In this document: one piece after another, positions 1 through 13,743 of the stretch
Layout of the letters: each line of letters opens with the position of its first letter
How positions within the stretch are numbered: position 1 is the stretch's first letter
Assembly: GCA_001949185.1 (NCBI GenBank)
Contig: BDGG01000003.1
Span: 1,214,725-1,278,724, forward strand
DNA: 64,000 bases
Source: Ramazzottius varieornatus
Taxonomy: Eukaryota; Animalia; Tardigrada
Direction: 5' to 3'
Notes under the pieces: generated by a model
What the model was told of the DNA's origin: nothing
Seen by the model: the letters and a program-made list of their open reading frames with translations, nothing else
Databases searched by the model: none
Position numbers and translations under genes: made by a program

Positions 1-228
1 CAGTTCTCGCTGAGCTTCCATAGTGCACAAAATCCTACAATACCGTACAGAAAGCTTCGAAGAAGATGTTGTCGACGAAGAACAGAGGAAGGCTAAGTGG
101 CTGCGATCGGAAAGCGTAAAATCAAATTTTGAATTTTTCGATCGTAACTTTGACTGTGCCACTAGTGGTAGTAGCGTGTATGACGTCATAGACTGCGCCA
201 CATAGTGTTTTGTTTCATGCAAGCGCCA

Positions 229-574
229 TATTTCTTTCTGACCATTGGGCAAGCACAGTATTAACGAAACAAACTATGAACTGTAAAGAAAACAGTCTAG
301 TATGCCTTGAATTTTTTCCAAGTCATTGTGTCAAACGATACGCCAGACAGAATTGGATTTGTGTACGAACAGCATTTTACGACTAATTTTTCAGAAAAAT
401 TTCACACTTTTTGCCCACTGTTTAGCCGGTGGTCGCTGGGTGGACTGGATAGAGAAATGTAGCTCTCAGTCAAACGTGAAAAAACGAGACGTAAAAGTGG
501 AACAGGAGAGTTTCAACAGCGAGGTAACTGTGCGCCGGACAAGTGAGTTGTACCCTTGGTATTCTAAGTGTTAA
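229..574. mobile_element. Degenerate partial piggyBac-like MITE, related to 4799-5303
   Basis: The 3' end GTGCGCCGGACAAGTGAGTT...CTAAGTG-TTAA resembles the 3' end of the 4799-5303 element (GTGCGCCGGGAAAGTGAGTT...CAAGGTG-TTAA). It also shares internal motifs (TGACCAYTGGGCA; AAAAATTYCACAC). No left TIR was found. Confidence 0.45.
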
Positions 575-3500
575 CAGTAAGTAGAAGTTAAACTCGGAAA
601 GTCATAGTAAAACAACACTGCGGGCTAGCTCAGGTTGGCTACTCTGACGTTTCTGGTACCATTTTGATTGGGCGCACTCGGTTTGTAGCAACAAAGTGAC
701 GAACGTGTGACGTCGAAAGCAAACTCTGAGCTTGCCCGGTAAACTCTCAACAAGAAGGAACTTTACCACTTGACCCCTGAGTTACTTAGCCTGCTGCTCA
801 ATTCCCATTGTAATGATCGGAAACAACACTGCATTCAGGCGCTTGCATGCGTGTGAACATACTAGGCCGGTACATTCAGTAGGTAAGTGCGTTTAATAGG
901 TATGTGCTTGTCGCCTATGGGATATTTTGCCCCCCGATCAAGTTTTCGAAGTGCGTCTCAGCCTTCACCAAACAGACATCCCTGAACCTGAATTCGATGG
1001 CAAAAAGCTTATTCCCCGAAGGTAAAGAAGTAATGGACATATTACTGAAAGCTACGAAAGGGACAGCCATGGAGCTGATCCGTACATATACGCCCTGTAG
1101 CGTACTGCAAAATTGTATCTAATCAATCAATCAAGCAGAAGGTGTCGGGAACAAGCTACTGTAAAGACGGCTGCAGGTGCGTGTCTCCAGACATCGCACG
1201 CTCCGGACGCCAAGACTGGCTGGTCTAAACCCTAGCATATAATCCACTCAAAAAAAACATCATTTCAACAAGCTTGTGTTTGGGAAACTGCAGATCCTCG
1301 GCAGTTTAGGGCCTCGGCAGTTTAGGGGACTCCATCTTGAAGCCGGCAAAATACGACAGCAAAATATACACTACAACGTATGAAAAGAAGACTGATCGAT
1401 CGACATGGTAAGAAAGTTGGCATCTTTCGGGCGATGAGAAGCTGCACGAAGCTTCGATTTTATGACGTCGAAGCGGGCGCTGCCTGATCGCAGAAGGAAG
1501 ATAAAGAGCGGTTACATTTTATTAGGTGTTGATTGCATGGTCAATATAGCCAGCGCGCTGGCTATGATGTCCAAGACCAACTAGATACAGCTGTATCTAC
1601 TTGGTCCTGTTATGGCCATCGGGTGTAGATGACCAGTGGATGGATTGCGCTCTTTACTCTGATGGGCATAATTCACTGAGATCGAGATCCACTCGACTCC
1701 TTGTCGAGGCAGTCTCAGAAGATTTTGGTTCAAATTTAGGTAATTGTGCTTATCGTGTGACAGCATAGATCAGTAAAGGAAGGTTTGCTTCATAACACAG
1801 GATAATTTCTAAAATCAGCATTTACAAGCTTTTCGATCCAGAAGGGACACCTTAATTAGCAACACGACCGAAGAAGCGAGAAAAGATCATCACCCCACTA
1901 AAGTGGCGCATGTTGTTCTCTGCGATTCACCACCTCCTTTTATACAACTTCTCTTTTTGTAAAGTCCTGAAGGATTAATTTGTTGTTTTCTTTCCGGTAC
2001 CGATAGCCTAAACGTCTTACTACAAACGATCTTGTTGTCGGTGTGATGGTGCAGCTGACCGTGCGGAAAAATTCGTAAAATGGTCCTGGTTAGACATGCA
2101 TCACTATTATTCTAAAATTATTCCTACGTCCCGTTTCTGACCTTTCGAGTGGGTCTTGTTTGAAAAAAACGAGAAGACCCCGTCACTGGAGTTGGACGTC
2201 AGCCGAGCTTTGAAAGTCGTGTTAAGACTTCGACATTTTGAGTTCGATCCTAAAAAGCGGGAATTTCATACTGAAGGACCTTATGAAATTACTCGAATAT
2301 TTTTCTGCGAAACCACTTTTGTGTCCAACTACTGCCTTTGAAGCGTATTGTTTCTGTCAACGTAGTACTCGATATAGTTTCACACGAAGGCCATTAAACC
2401 GTGACTAGAAGTTCCGCATGTTGATGTACGATAGTTATGAATAACAGTGCGACGACAGCTGATCTTCCTGATCTGGCTGATCTGATTGATAATTCGATCG
2501 TAGGTTTTTGGAGTCTGGTATTCTGACTGATTCGCCCGCAGAGCTGATTTAAACTATCCCTTCTCAAATTATTCGGCCATCGTGGTAAATTGCAGCCATG
2601 AATGTGCAGTATCACACACGGTTAGCCCAGCGTGTCATTGGTTACCTGATTATGTACTCATGTCGCAAATCTGTTAGACTGATTGACAGCTGACCGTTGA
2701 TTGGCCGGTCTGCCGCGTGCTCACTACCCGGGACGGATTCACGCGTACGACTGTGTGGAGGATCGTACATACTGAGGATCAGAGATCCTATTAGTTGATC
2801 TTCCCCCGTAGCGGGATGATCGAAAGCTGATCTTAACTTTCGAAAACGGCCAAGTTGACCCGCCTCGCGAACTAAGACCTATGGCCGTAAAAGAGTCCAT
2901 AAAAATGTTGGATGGGTTGGCCAGGAGGCTAGAAGTACCACCCATCGGTAGATGAAACAGAGCTTAGTAAACGCATATGACATCACGAGAACATCCCGTT
3001 GGATCCGATTATTTCCCGATCCGTCCTACGTAACGCTTGATCTCGTCGGTGCGAGAATCTTCGCAAACAACGTTCTCATGCTGAGGTCGATAGATAACTC
3101 TAGCAGAAGGTCGACTGGTAAGTATCACGTATCGCGTGGTGTTTATGAGGCAAAGCATGATCCACATATCATTTAGCGCTCAAATATCTTCAATTTTCTG
3201 ACAAAGGTTGAACATTAGTCTGAGCTTGAAAATGTAATCCATCTTCCATTCCAAGCCCAACGCGCATATTCGGGTACCTAACAGCAGGAACCACTGTTCA
3301 AAAATTACGCCCGAATTCTCACCCTGGATAACAGCAGTGTCCAACGTTGGTTAGCAGCAAAGCTTTCAGATAGTGTAGCACGTCGTGGTACTATGCTGCT
3401 GAAAGTGGGCCAAAACAGAATAGTCCACGGAACATCCACACAGGAGATATCGACCAACTGTCTTACATGGATGGTGCTGTTGATGTTTAGCCCTTGACGA

Positions 3501-4500
3501 TTCAGAAGAACAATATACTGGAATAAAGAGACAAGTTTCTGCGTTTCTGCGTTTCTGTCCAGAAACGCTGACTGCACTTTGGCCTATTAACGCAACCGGT
3601 GCAGCCATTTTTCCATAGCCTTTACTGTTTTCTTCGTACAGCTCAAACGACGTTGACAATTTCGAAGTACCGAGGTTCTTCAAATAAAAGGTACAATTCT
3701 ATCTTCGAGTTTGGTTTAGAATGAGGAAGTCTCGAAGTTCCATCCCACCAGTTTTTTTCTCGGCATTGATTTAGCAGATTCTACGTATTTGTTCCACGAT
3801 TACAAAAGAGAGGACCAATCTCAACAGAAGGCAGGTGCTGCCGGGTGGATGAGTAGATTGCTTTTGTCACCGCTCAAAGCAACCTGGCGACCTTCTATTA
3901 CGTAGCATACGTCTTGTCCGCAGGTGGCGATTCGGTTTTTTTATGGCTCCGCATAAGCGCCTGCAGGTATGCGACGTGCTGGAGCCACTTGATCTTATGT
4001 CATTGTCGTCTAGACAGTGTGGGCCATTTTTCGGCCGACATCCACAGATGCACGGTATCCGGATTCTAGGAACGACGTATACGTTGGGTTGGTCTTGTGT
4101 CTGATGTCATGTGCGGTTTCACTTTGATGGTTTCGATCTATGCTTACAATGATCGATTCCAACATCAGGGACTTGGCCCAGTTTGGATCCTGATTGCGTG
4201 AGTCTTCTCAATCAGGATACAGCAGGATATCAATTACTTGATTTTCTTTTGTGAAGTGAGGTACTGTATCAGGATAGTGGTGGTAGTAGGTGTGAAGCTG
4301 ACGGTACGTCGACTTTCGAATCATTCGTCGTAACCGGCCCACAGCGGTCTGGCTTCCACATTCATGAACCATACTTTCGGCATTATGCTTAGCAGATTCA
4401 TGGAACAAACAAAGCCAGGGGTTTCACTGCAAACTTGGAATAAATTAGAAGCAACCGCGACCAAAGCGCAAATTTGTCTTTGCGCGCAAAACTCGGAGCA

Positions 4501-7500
4501 TCAAATGATAATTTGGTTAGGTGATGAATTATGGTGCGCTTGGCTTCTAGCTTTCCGCATGGCTGAACGATCGCGAGCGGGTTGTCCGGCGTCCTCTGAT
4601 TGACGCCCATGCGACAAGGTTTTCCTTTCTTGAAGAGAAAGTTCCTGCAACTTATGCGAGGTGTTTGCGCAATGCTTCAAATTCGCTGAACCGAAACGAA
4701 CTCACGTCCAGCCTCCACCATTTCCTGTTTGGCTTCCTGTACCGCCTGTAACCATATCCATTCGTACAGTTTTGTAGCTTCCTTGTTTAACCTCTTAACA
4801 CCTTGAGCACTGCGCGATTTCGTGCTTTCAGAATACGATGCGGGAAAGTCACTTTCGCCTTGTTTTAACTGGTTGAATCTTAGGGGCGGTGCTAAACTAA
4901 ATTAAATCACCACCTCATCGATTGCCAAAATTTTGGAATGTGATGCAGAGTGCGCCACCTGCCAATTCAAAACGAACAGGCTTCAAGGTTTTTCTAATGA
5001 CCACTGGGCAGATCTTTCCACAAATCTGAAACTGTCGCAAGATACTAAAATTTTTGGGCTCGCGCAACAATTATTTTGGTGACTCTGGACTAACTGAGAG
5101 CCTGGCAGGAAAGTAATTTGCTGGCTACGCCGAAATCCCGTTGAGAAAGGAAAAAAATTCCACACAGGTTTGCAGTTAGTTTCAAGAAGAGTTGATTGTC
5201 CGGGCAAACGAAAAAAACGGGGAGCAAAAGGTAAACTGGAAGCTCGCTACGCACAAATGAGTGTGCGCCGGGAAAGTGAGTTTCCCGCCCCGTGCTCAAG
5301 GTGTTAAATAAGCTAGTTCACACTCACCGAATTCCAAGGAGGGCGCCGAATGAAAGTCCCAGTGACAAAATCAGAAGGGCGCAACTCTCCCAGATGTTAA
5401 TACGGAATTGAGATCCTATGTAGAAAAAATTCGGACGCTCCATGCCAGATTCTTGATTTTCGGACTCAGGGTAAAAGATAAGCTCAGAATGCATGGCCAG
5501 TACGATACCTAGATCACAGTTTGTGAGATCAAAATCGATGGGGTAGCCACATGCCGGCTCTCCGATCGGCAGATGCCAATTAAGGTCGGAGACATTCATT
5601 TCCTTCCATCTGAACTGTTCGTCAATCACTTCCGACTCTAGGTGTTTCTGCAAAGAGTTGGAATGCATCATACTCTACCTTACGTACTGCAAAACTGGAT
5701 GGAGTTTTTGCCTGAACCCACCATACTTCAAAGGTGTTGGAGTCCACCTTGAGTATCCGAACGCCGGACTGCGAGCAAACAATGTATGCCGACGAAAATC
5801 CATTCAATAAGACTGTGAGTGTTACCTGTGGATTTCTTTCACCATATCTGTTCAGTTGCACCGATCCGCCGCGAGTGAAGAATGTCTTCCTTTCAAACTT
5901 CTTCATGAGGTCGGACACTCTGACTGGCGCCGCCCGGTATGCACTTTCCGCCATTGTTTCATTCAAAATCTTCGATTCGGGTAAAGTATCAGTTTCATCA
6001 CTGTACAAGTTGACTTCATCAACCTCAAGACTAACCTGTCCAAGTATTTCTAACGCCCCGTGAGTAGCCATTAGAAGCGGTAGAGGCTAAGACAGAACTG
6101 GTTTATTTAGCGTACGAGGGAAAGGTTGTAAAGTTAGCCACTCTATACCGGGTTTGTAAAGTTAGCCGTCCAAGTTCGCCTGTTCTCTCCTACTTACTCC
6201 CAAACATTTATGGATAGATCGATAGATAAAATAATGGGCTATCGGATAACCTTAGGTACAGTCAACGTGAAGATTCGGAGAATTCAAGAGATCCGCAATT
6301 AAAAAAAACGTTGAATCCTATGTTGAAAAGCGAAGACTGACAATCAAATGGTCAATCAAGCGATAGACGCCACAGCCGTGGCTAACTTTACAAACTCGGT
6401 ATGAAACGGCTAACTTTACGACCTTTACCTCGTACTTAAGCTTCCTGCAAGTGTTATCCAACGTACACTATGCATCGGATCGTCTGGCGTTCACTATGTC
6501 ATCTTACCGGAGTAAAGCTGATGTTGGTATTATTGAAGAAGGGGTTCGTTCTGTAGTAAAATTCCCACTCTTCGACCAGAGAATCTGTCATCTTTTGATT
6601 AGACCACGGAGGACCGATATCAATACCGTACACAAGAACTAGGTTGCCGTACGCCCTTTCAACGGCCTGCAATAAATCAAAATCTCATTTTGTCGATCCT
6701 GTTTTACCTACCGTTTAGCTAGCAACCCCTGCGGGTCATTTCGTCCCTGCATAATGTGTACCCTCGTGGTGTGACAGGGAACCTTTTACTCAATGAATTG
6801 AGGTGTACAACTTACCGTATCATCGTCGTCGAAGTTCTTCCACGTGAGGTTGCCGTAAATTGGATGCTCGAAAAGTTGGGTAGCTATGAAAACGAAGTGT
6901 CCATTCGTCATGTTGAGTTTGTCTGCCGCTATCTGCAACCGAAGAAGGTGTGACAGATGGCGCCATTGTACCACGAGTCCCAGCTATCAAACGGAAAAGA
7001 CGTCTGACGCTAACTCACCAAAAGTTTGCGGAGTTGCGGTGGGTGACCCAGGAACAATATCACTGCAAGAGAACCGAAAATCATGATTCCATGAAACTAG
7101 AACTTCGACGGAGGAACAGGTTTGAAGTTGTTTGGGTTCGCGAGGACCTGCTAGAGTACCTCGGCTCTCCCTCGACATTCGAGTCAGCAACGAGCTAAAA
7201 TTCATCTCGCTTTTCTTCGAGTCGTAAGTCACGTAGACTGTGGGGAACAACATCCTTCTCAGAAGCGCCACCGTTTGCGTTCCGACATACGGGTAGTAAG
7301 AGATTGCGCCGTTGTCGACCACAACATAGGCCGACTTCCACTTGAACTTCACAAAAATCTGGTAGAACAAATCTCCATGGTATGCTGAAGGGGCGACATT
7401 CGTTGTGACCCATGTTGGACTTTTCCCCTTGTCGCGTATTAGAACATCCGAGTTAAACCTGAAATCTCAAAAAAACGAATTGGCAAATATGATGGGACGC

Positions 7501-8073
7501 CGGCAAACGAATTGAAGCAAATAGCTGTATTAAGTGGCGCATGGTTTCGTTGTAAGCAGCCCAGTGCGTGCGCGACTTGCGAGAACGATCTGGGTGAACT
7601 CATTTCCTGACGTCCCGGATACCGAAAGCACTTTCCCGTATATATTTTCACATCACTCACGTCGTTATTAGTAAAACATTCCAGCTGGCCGCCAGTTGAT
7701 TGAGCAACGTTCCTTCCGTACATCCTGATGTTACGATAACAATGGTACTTCGGTTGTCCGTTGCGATCTCTCGATAGTACCACCCGGCTAGCATGTCTTG
7801 TACGTTGGTCACATGCTGGGCACAGTCTTTGAAAGATTCATTGTACAAGTATGAGTGAGAAACAGTGAAGACGTCCTCGTACCGTCGAAGGTCCTTCAGA
7901 CCACTCTCGAAAGCAGGTCCCAGTATGGTCAGAGTGCCCAAATTGGAAAAGCCGACGTAGCCGGGCGTCACAATCTTGATATGATGCTTATTGCACTTGA
8001 CCCTTATTGTTGAGCTGAGCAGTAAGCAAGAGGTTAGAATGAAGAAGGCCATTATACCAGCATGGCGTGCCAT
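4501..8073 (-). CDS. ANF-receptor (natriuretic peptide receptor / receptor guanylyl cyclase ectodomain) single-pass membrane protein, copy 1, no catalytic domain; multi-exon, appears intact
   Basis: Signal peptide MARHAGIMAFFILTSCLLLSS. Ectodomain motifs SGCTEGTLLNQLAASWNVLLITT, IRDKGKSPTWVTT, FKWKSAYVVVD, ILFLGHPPQLRKLL, MTNGHFVFIA, EPACGY. TM ALLILSLGLSFGALLGI, then spliced exons RYRKPNRKWWRLD and an approximately 47-aa tail ending at TGA (4501-4503). All introns read are GT-AG and frame-consistent. Confidence 0.8.
4799..5303. mobile_element. piggyBac-like non-autonomous element (MITE) in an intron of receptor copy 1
   Basis: Perfect 12-bp TIR CACCTTGAGCAC / GTGCTCAAGGTG, flanked on both sides by TTAA (4795-4798, 5304-5307). 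Confidence 0.8.
6115..6432. mobile_element. Tc1/mariner-type MITE in an intron of receptor copy 1
   Basis: About 54-bp imperfect TIR beginning CGAGG(G/T)AAAGGT, with repeated GTAAAGTTAGCC. TA on both flanks (6113-6114, 6433-6434). Confidence 0.8.
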
Positions 8074-8519
8074 AGTCCTCCTATCTGCTCCACTAAATTG
8101 GAGTTACTGTGAGTCGTGGCCCACCGATGTCAGAACGGTACGAACTAGAGGATACCTGTAGCTGGTCGTCTCAATATCTTTCAGGGAACGAGCTCTTCCA
8201 TTGTTTAATGTTCAGTTTTCTCGACGGGATCGATACGGCAAAAGCCTCTGCCTGTGCATATTTTATATTGCTTCTGTTTACCGCAGCTTTAATGGCTAGC
8301 GCCCACATCGCCCGCACTTGATTTCACATTCTAGACCACGCACACGGCAAAACACATGAATAAGTTATCAAGGACTTGTGCTTGTCATCTCCTAATCCAT
8401 AGACACGGCTCGTACTCCAGCAGTAATGGACCCTCGACCTCTTAACGATTGTTGTGAAACCTTTTCTCGCCTACAACAGCGGAGGCACTTAATCTTTCCG
8501 ATCACGTTCCCATACCTTT

Positions 8520-10789
8520 AACTTTGGATCATGCCGAGTTTATTCGTCGAGAGAGCCGAACGTGGATATCAATTATCCACCAGGGAGATGCTTTGCTTCT
8601 TTTAACAGAGCTAGAACCAACCCAAAGAGTAAAACATTCCGTACAGTGTCATGACATTACCTGATTGTTTGGTATCAGACGACTTGCCAAACGGCAGCAC
8701 CCACACCGCATGTAAACAACGTTATCAGCGTAACCGAGCTCGAAATTTCCGAAATTTCAGCTGGCCGGGATAAACCTGTCGTTACAGTACGAAACCGATA
8801 CATTTGTTTATGTGGCATGCAATTACAGTATAACTTCCAAAGCGGCGGCACATACCCTGCGAGCAGTTCGTGGCTCCTAGATCAGCTAGATATCCACATA
8901 GTGGTTCTCTGATCGGCGGATGAGCTTTCCCACGCCAGCTCATATTCGAACCGGCGATTTCTTTCCACTCAAAATAGTCCTCGGTCACCTCCGACTCTAG
9001 GTAACTCTAGCAAAGTAAACATCAGTAATAGCATGCCGATTGTAGGTACACGTACGTACCATGAAGGTTCCCGACCCGGTCTGGAAGAACCGAACAAGAC
9101 TTTGTGGGTGTCTTTGGCAAAACCTGTTCAATGACTGAGATCCAACGCGCATTGTGAAGTTTCGAGCTGCAAACTTCTTCGCAAGGGTAATACCAGTAAA
9201 CCGAAATACTGGAGGGGAGCTTTCGGTTACCGCTCGTGCAAGATCTGTTCGAACATAACTGCTTGCTGGTCACAAGGTGTCGTCTACGCGTCACGCGCCA
9301 AAAACGACTTTCGATCGTCCCTCCTCACCTGTCCAAAAATCTTGAAGGCCTCGTGGGTAGTCATCAAGTTAGGCACGGGCTGTAAAGGAAGCAAAAGTGT
9401 CAAATCAGCAAATGTCAAGCTGTACCTTCACTATGATGTTCGTTACCGGGAGGTAGAGCAGATCGGGATTGTTGTAGAAGGAAGATATCGGAACGATAGT
9501 TTGACGTCCATTCATTTATCATCTTTGCCGCTTCAGGCGATTCATCTTTTAGCGAGTCCATGTTTGTCGAGTGAATGAAGAGCAAACTTTCGTATGCTTG
9601 TCGTACAACCTGCGGAAGAAGGGTGGGTTACAGCAATACGACTCCGCGACGATCTCGAGCATTCCTCGCACAAGGAATTGGGCAATTCACACTACCGCGT
9701 CGTCATGGTCGTGGTACTGCCAGGTAAAGTTTCCGTAAAAATTGTTCGAAAATAGCTGATTGGCAATAAACACACAGTCGCCATTTTTCCATCTCCAGCC
9801 GACTTGCAGCAATCTAGAAGCAAAACCATTTCCTGATAATACTCTATCTGGTGCCACATGGAACTACTAAAATAGTGCAGCTCACTAAGAGCTTGCGCAG
9901 CTGAGGCGACTGACCGAAGTATACCAGAACTGCAACACAGGTCGATGTTCAAGTGCGATTATCACGGCACGTGTGTACAAACTGTAAAAAATTTGAGCTT
10001 CCGCGCGCTGGAGATATACTGTACATGCCTCGCCTTTCCCGTGCCATCTTTGTCAACATCTCGGTGAAATCAAAGTCGCTCTTTCTTGAGTTGAATGTGA
10101 AGGTTACATGGAGGAAATATTGACGTGCCATCAGTTGCAAAGTCAATTTGGCGGTATTGGTGAAGTAATTTCTCGCGCCTTCGTCCACTAGTACGTATGC
10201 AGAAGTCCAGTTGTAGAAACGCAAAAGGCCGAGACACATATAGCCCTGATACACCGATGGAGCGATGCTCGTGGTCACCCAGGTTGGGCTCTGTGCTTTG
10301 AACCGTATCTGGATGTCGGAGTTGATTCTGCAAATCAAGGGCTACAGTTAGCGCAAGCAGAAAACACTTACTCAACATTTTACCTTACGTTGTAATCAGC
10401 AGCACGTTCCATTTGGCCGCCAGCTGGTTTAGCATGGTTCCTTCCGTACATCCGGGCGTTAGGATAATGATGGTGCTTTGGTTGTCCTTCGCAGTTTCCT
10501 GGTAGTACCACTTTGACAGCATGTCCTGTACCTTGCTGGTCACCTGGTCGCAGTCGACAAGGGTGTTGTTGTTGTACAGGTATGTGTGTGACACGGTAAA
10601 ACTGTTGTCATACCGCCGCAAGTCGTTTAGTCCGGGTTCGAGTGCAGGTCCCAGAAAAGAAAGGGATGCCAGGGTGGAAAAGCCTATCACACCAGGAGAA
10701 ACTATTTTGAAGTGGGGTTTCTCCATTCGGCCAAGTGTCGGTTCTCGGTGCAGCATCGCGAACCGGATAACACCAGCGTGGCCGATTCA
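8520..10789 (-). pseudogene. ANF-receptor-like copy 2, pseudogene (3' end approximate)
   Basis: Exon-for-exon paralog of copy 1 (PGCTEGTMLNQLAAKWNVLLITT, SPTWVTT, EPLCGY, WWIID). TGA at the position of the copy-1 ATG (10787-10789), +1 A in a homopolymer (9784-9788), a 4-bp CTTC duplication (9477-9484), a further frameshift near 9233, and a stop after the TM segment. Confidence 0.8.
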
Positions 10790-11206
10790 AAACTTGATGC
10801 TGTCCAAACGGGGCAGTTCGCCAAGTTGCAACAGTTTATCATAAGCGTTTGAGGAAAAAATAGACAGGTCAAAGCTGAGTATCTCTTTGTGCTCATGGTG
10901 CAGGAGAAGTCAGCTTAATGACAACGCTGTCGTTTTTCTCTGTATGCGTACTTATTTTCTCTTTTCTGTGATCAAAAGGGATGTCGATTGATCGTTCCGG
11001 ATATGAAATCACTCATGTCATATTCTTGCTCTCCAAAAATGCTTGGTTGGCGAATTTATTGTGCTGCATGCTTTAAACCTCAGTGAAAGGAGGACATGAA
11101 ACACCAGCTCGCTTTGTTGAGGACATGAAACGTTTCTCTTGTATCCCTTCTTCAACTTCGGAGCGCGTAGCCAATAAAGGCCCCAATAGCATGGTGATCG
11201 GTCACT

Positions 11207-13743
11207 TTAATTCGTAATAGACAGAAAGCTGCCGTCTAAACGCCACCGCTGAAACACCAGATCCTGGTACGATCTGAAAGAAACGGTCGGATAAAGTTAC
11301 GAAAAACCAGCGATAGGAAACCGAGAGGTGTACCGACCCAGACCGCGCCCTCTGTAAGGGGGTGAAGTGTTGTAACACCAAACAAGCCAGGCAACGGATT
11401 AAAAGTCGACTTTTGATCTGACCACAGGTTTTTCACACCGACACCACCGTACAGAGGGCGCGATCTCAGTCAGTACAATTTTTCCGACTTCCCGTTACCG
11501 GCACTGCACGCAGCAAGTCGACTATACCTCATCGAGTAGAACGAAGCGACCCCCAATAGTACCACTATCAGCGCGGAAGTTACTGATATCGCCCACATCA
11601 TGATGGTATTTAAGCCTGAAAAAACCAAACTAAAACAGCTCTGTGAATGCGTTACAACGATCCCATCGTCCACGTACTCGATGAGCATTTGGATATTGAC
11701 GGATCCACAAGGTATCCGCAAAGAAGTTCGCCAGCAGGTGGGTGGTTGTTTCCGTGCCAGGATATATTCCCTACCACCGTCCATTTAAACGTCCCGCCTG
11801 TTATCTCCGACTCCAGAAACTTCTGTTAAGGGTCAACGGTAACCGCCCCCAAAAGAACAAATGCTTTTTTTAGCGATGTACTGTACTTCTACGGTTGTCG
11901 TCCTTACCTCAAAAACATCTGTCTCGACATCGAAATATTTCACACTGCAATGTGGAGTCCCGTCGGCGTATTTGTCCAGCGTGACTGGGCCGACTCGTGT
12001 GGAGAACGTGCGATTTCTAAATCGTCTGGCGAGGTTGGAAGCCGAATGATCGCTTTGGGTTACAGCTGCAGCCAACGACTCGTTCACAACCTGCAACCCC
12101 CGGGTGAGAGAAAGCACCGAGCAGAAATTATTTCTGTAGGAAGCAAATCTCACTTGTCCAAGGATATCGAAAGCAGCGTAGGTCGACATCAGGTGTGGTG
12201 CTGGCTGAAAGCATATAGTCGATTGATATAGTACGACACGGCCAAAAGGGAATAATATGATACTGTACCGGTGTGTAGTGCAGGTCAGTGTTGTTGTACA
12301 ACGGGTTCGTCAGATAGGACGTGATAAACTCCTTTTCCACTTCTTCGGTCATTTTTGTGCTGATCAGACTGTGTCTGTTCGTTTCAGCACCAACAACCAG
12401 AAGTAAACTCTGGTAAGCTGTCCTCACTGCCTGCAGCGAAGAATCCGAGTATAGACTACATCATATACACCCGCAGGAAACTTTTCTCTCTTATGCGAAG
12501 CTTTGTTTACCTTGTCGTCGTCATTATAGTTTCTCCAGGTAAAGTTGCCGAAGATATCACCAGGAAAAAGATGAGTGGCAATAAACACAAATTCTCCCCC
12601 TGTCATATTCAGTCTGTGAGCAGCAATCTGCAGTAGAATGAAAACTCAGTATATTTTGTCTTAACGTATTGCATTGGCAGTGCGAGGGAGCGGTTGTTGA
12701 TTGGGCCATCAAGAGGCATACTACTGTAGTTATAGGGTGTGGCTGAATCGCCAACCACAATTTGAAGTGGCTAACTCAACAACCTTTCCCTCGTGCTTGG
12801 AACCTGAAGATCAACCTACCAACAGCCGGCGAACCTGAGGAGGATGACCGAAAAATATCAGCGCTACAAGGATGCTCATCAAAATGTTGTAAATAAAGTG
12901 AAGCGACGTAATGTGGATTCCACTCGGCCCACCTCGAGTCTCTGTGCGCATCTGGGCTAGTGTCCGAGCGAAGTCCAGCTCGTTTTCTCTCGAATCGTAT
13001 GCGAAATAGACTGTGCGGAAGTGGTTTGCTTTCAGGTAACGCATGGTCACCGCTGCCCCGTTGATGTAGTACACCACAGCGTTCTCGTCCAATATAACGT
13101 AGACGGATGTCCACCGATACAGCTGTAATATCCCGTAGAAAACATCGCCGTACCACAAGGACGGATAGAAGTTGGTGCTGACCCACGTCGGACTTTTGGA
13201 CTTATCGCGAATAACGGGATTCGATGTCGTCCTAGAAATATCAAATCTTATTATTTCCCGACGTTACAGGGTAACTGGCTTTCGGTCTCTTCTCACGTGT
13301 ATGTAACCAGAATCATGCCGTTACCGTAAAGCGGCTTACGTTGTCATCAGCAGAATGTTCCAGTTCGCAGCTAGCTGATTGAGATACAACACCTCGCTGC
13401 AGCCAGGCGTTATGATCACAAGTTGGCTTTGGTTATCTGTCACGATTTCGTCGTAGTACCACTTCGCGATCGTGTCTTGAGTATCGTACTCCAGTTTTCC
13501 ACAATCGGTCCAGCTCTTCTTGCTCAAATATCGGTGCGATACAGAAAAATAATTTTCATAGCGCTGAAGGTTCCTAATTCCGCTATCGAAAGCAGGTCCG
13601 ATTCGGGTCAGAGTAGCCATCAGAAAACTATCAAAGATTCCCGGTGTAATAATTTTGAAGTGAGGTTTCGTTGCTGATACAGTGCTCCGATGAAGATGAA
13701 GAGCAACTACTAGTAAAACTAATACAAGGAAGTGGAGCTTCAT
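11207..13743 (-). CDS. ANF-receptor-like single-pass membrane protein, copy 3, no catalytic domain; appears intact
   Basis: Signal peptide MKLHFLVLVLLVVALHL; PGCSEVLYLNQLAANWNILLMTT; IRDKSKSPTWVST; MTGGEFVFIA; TM WAISVTSALIVVLLGVASF; last exon SYQDLVFQRWRLDGSFLSITN* (stop 11207-11209). Confidence 0.8.

Noticed and set aside
1296-1327. 16-bp tandem duplication CCTCGGCAGTTTAGGG (telomere-like TTTAGGG)
   Set aside because: Only two units; a local slippage duplication, not a telomere or CRISPR.
2700-4400. Short ORFs with coding-like stretches
   Set aside because: Interrupted by stops, no recognisable motif, and no kinase or cyclase motifs that would extend receptor copy 1.
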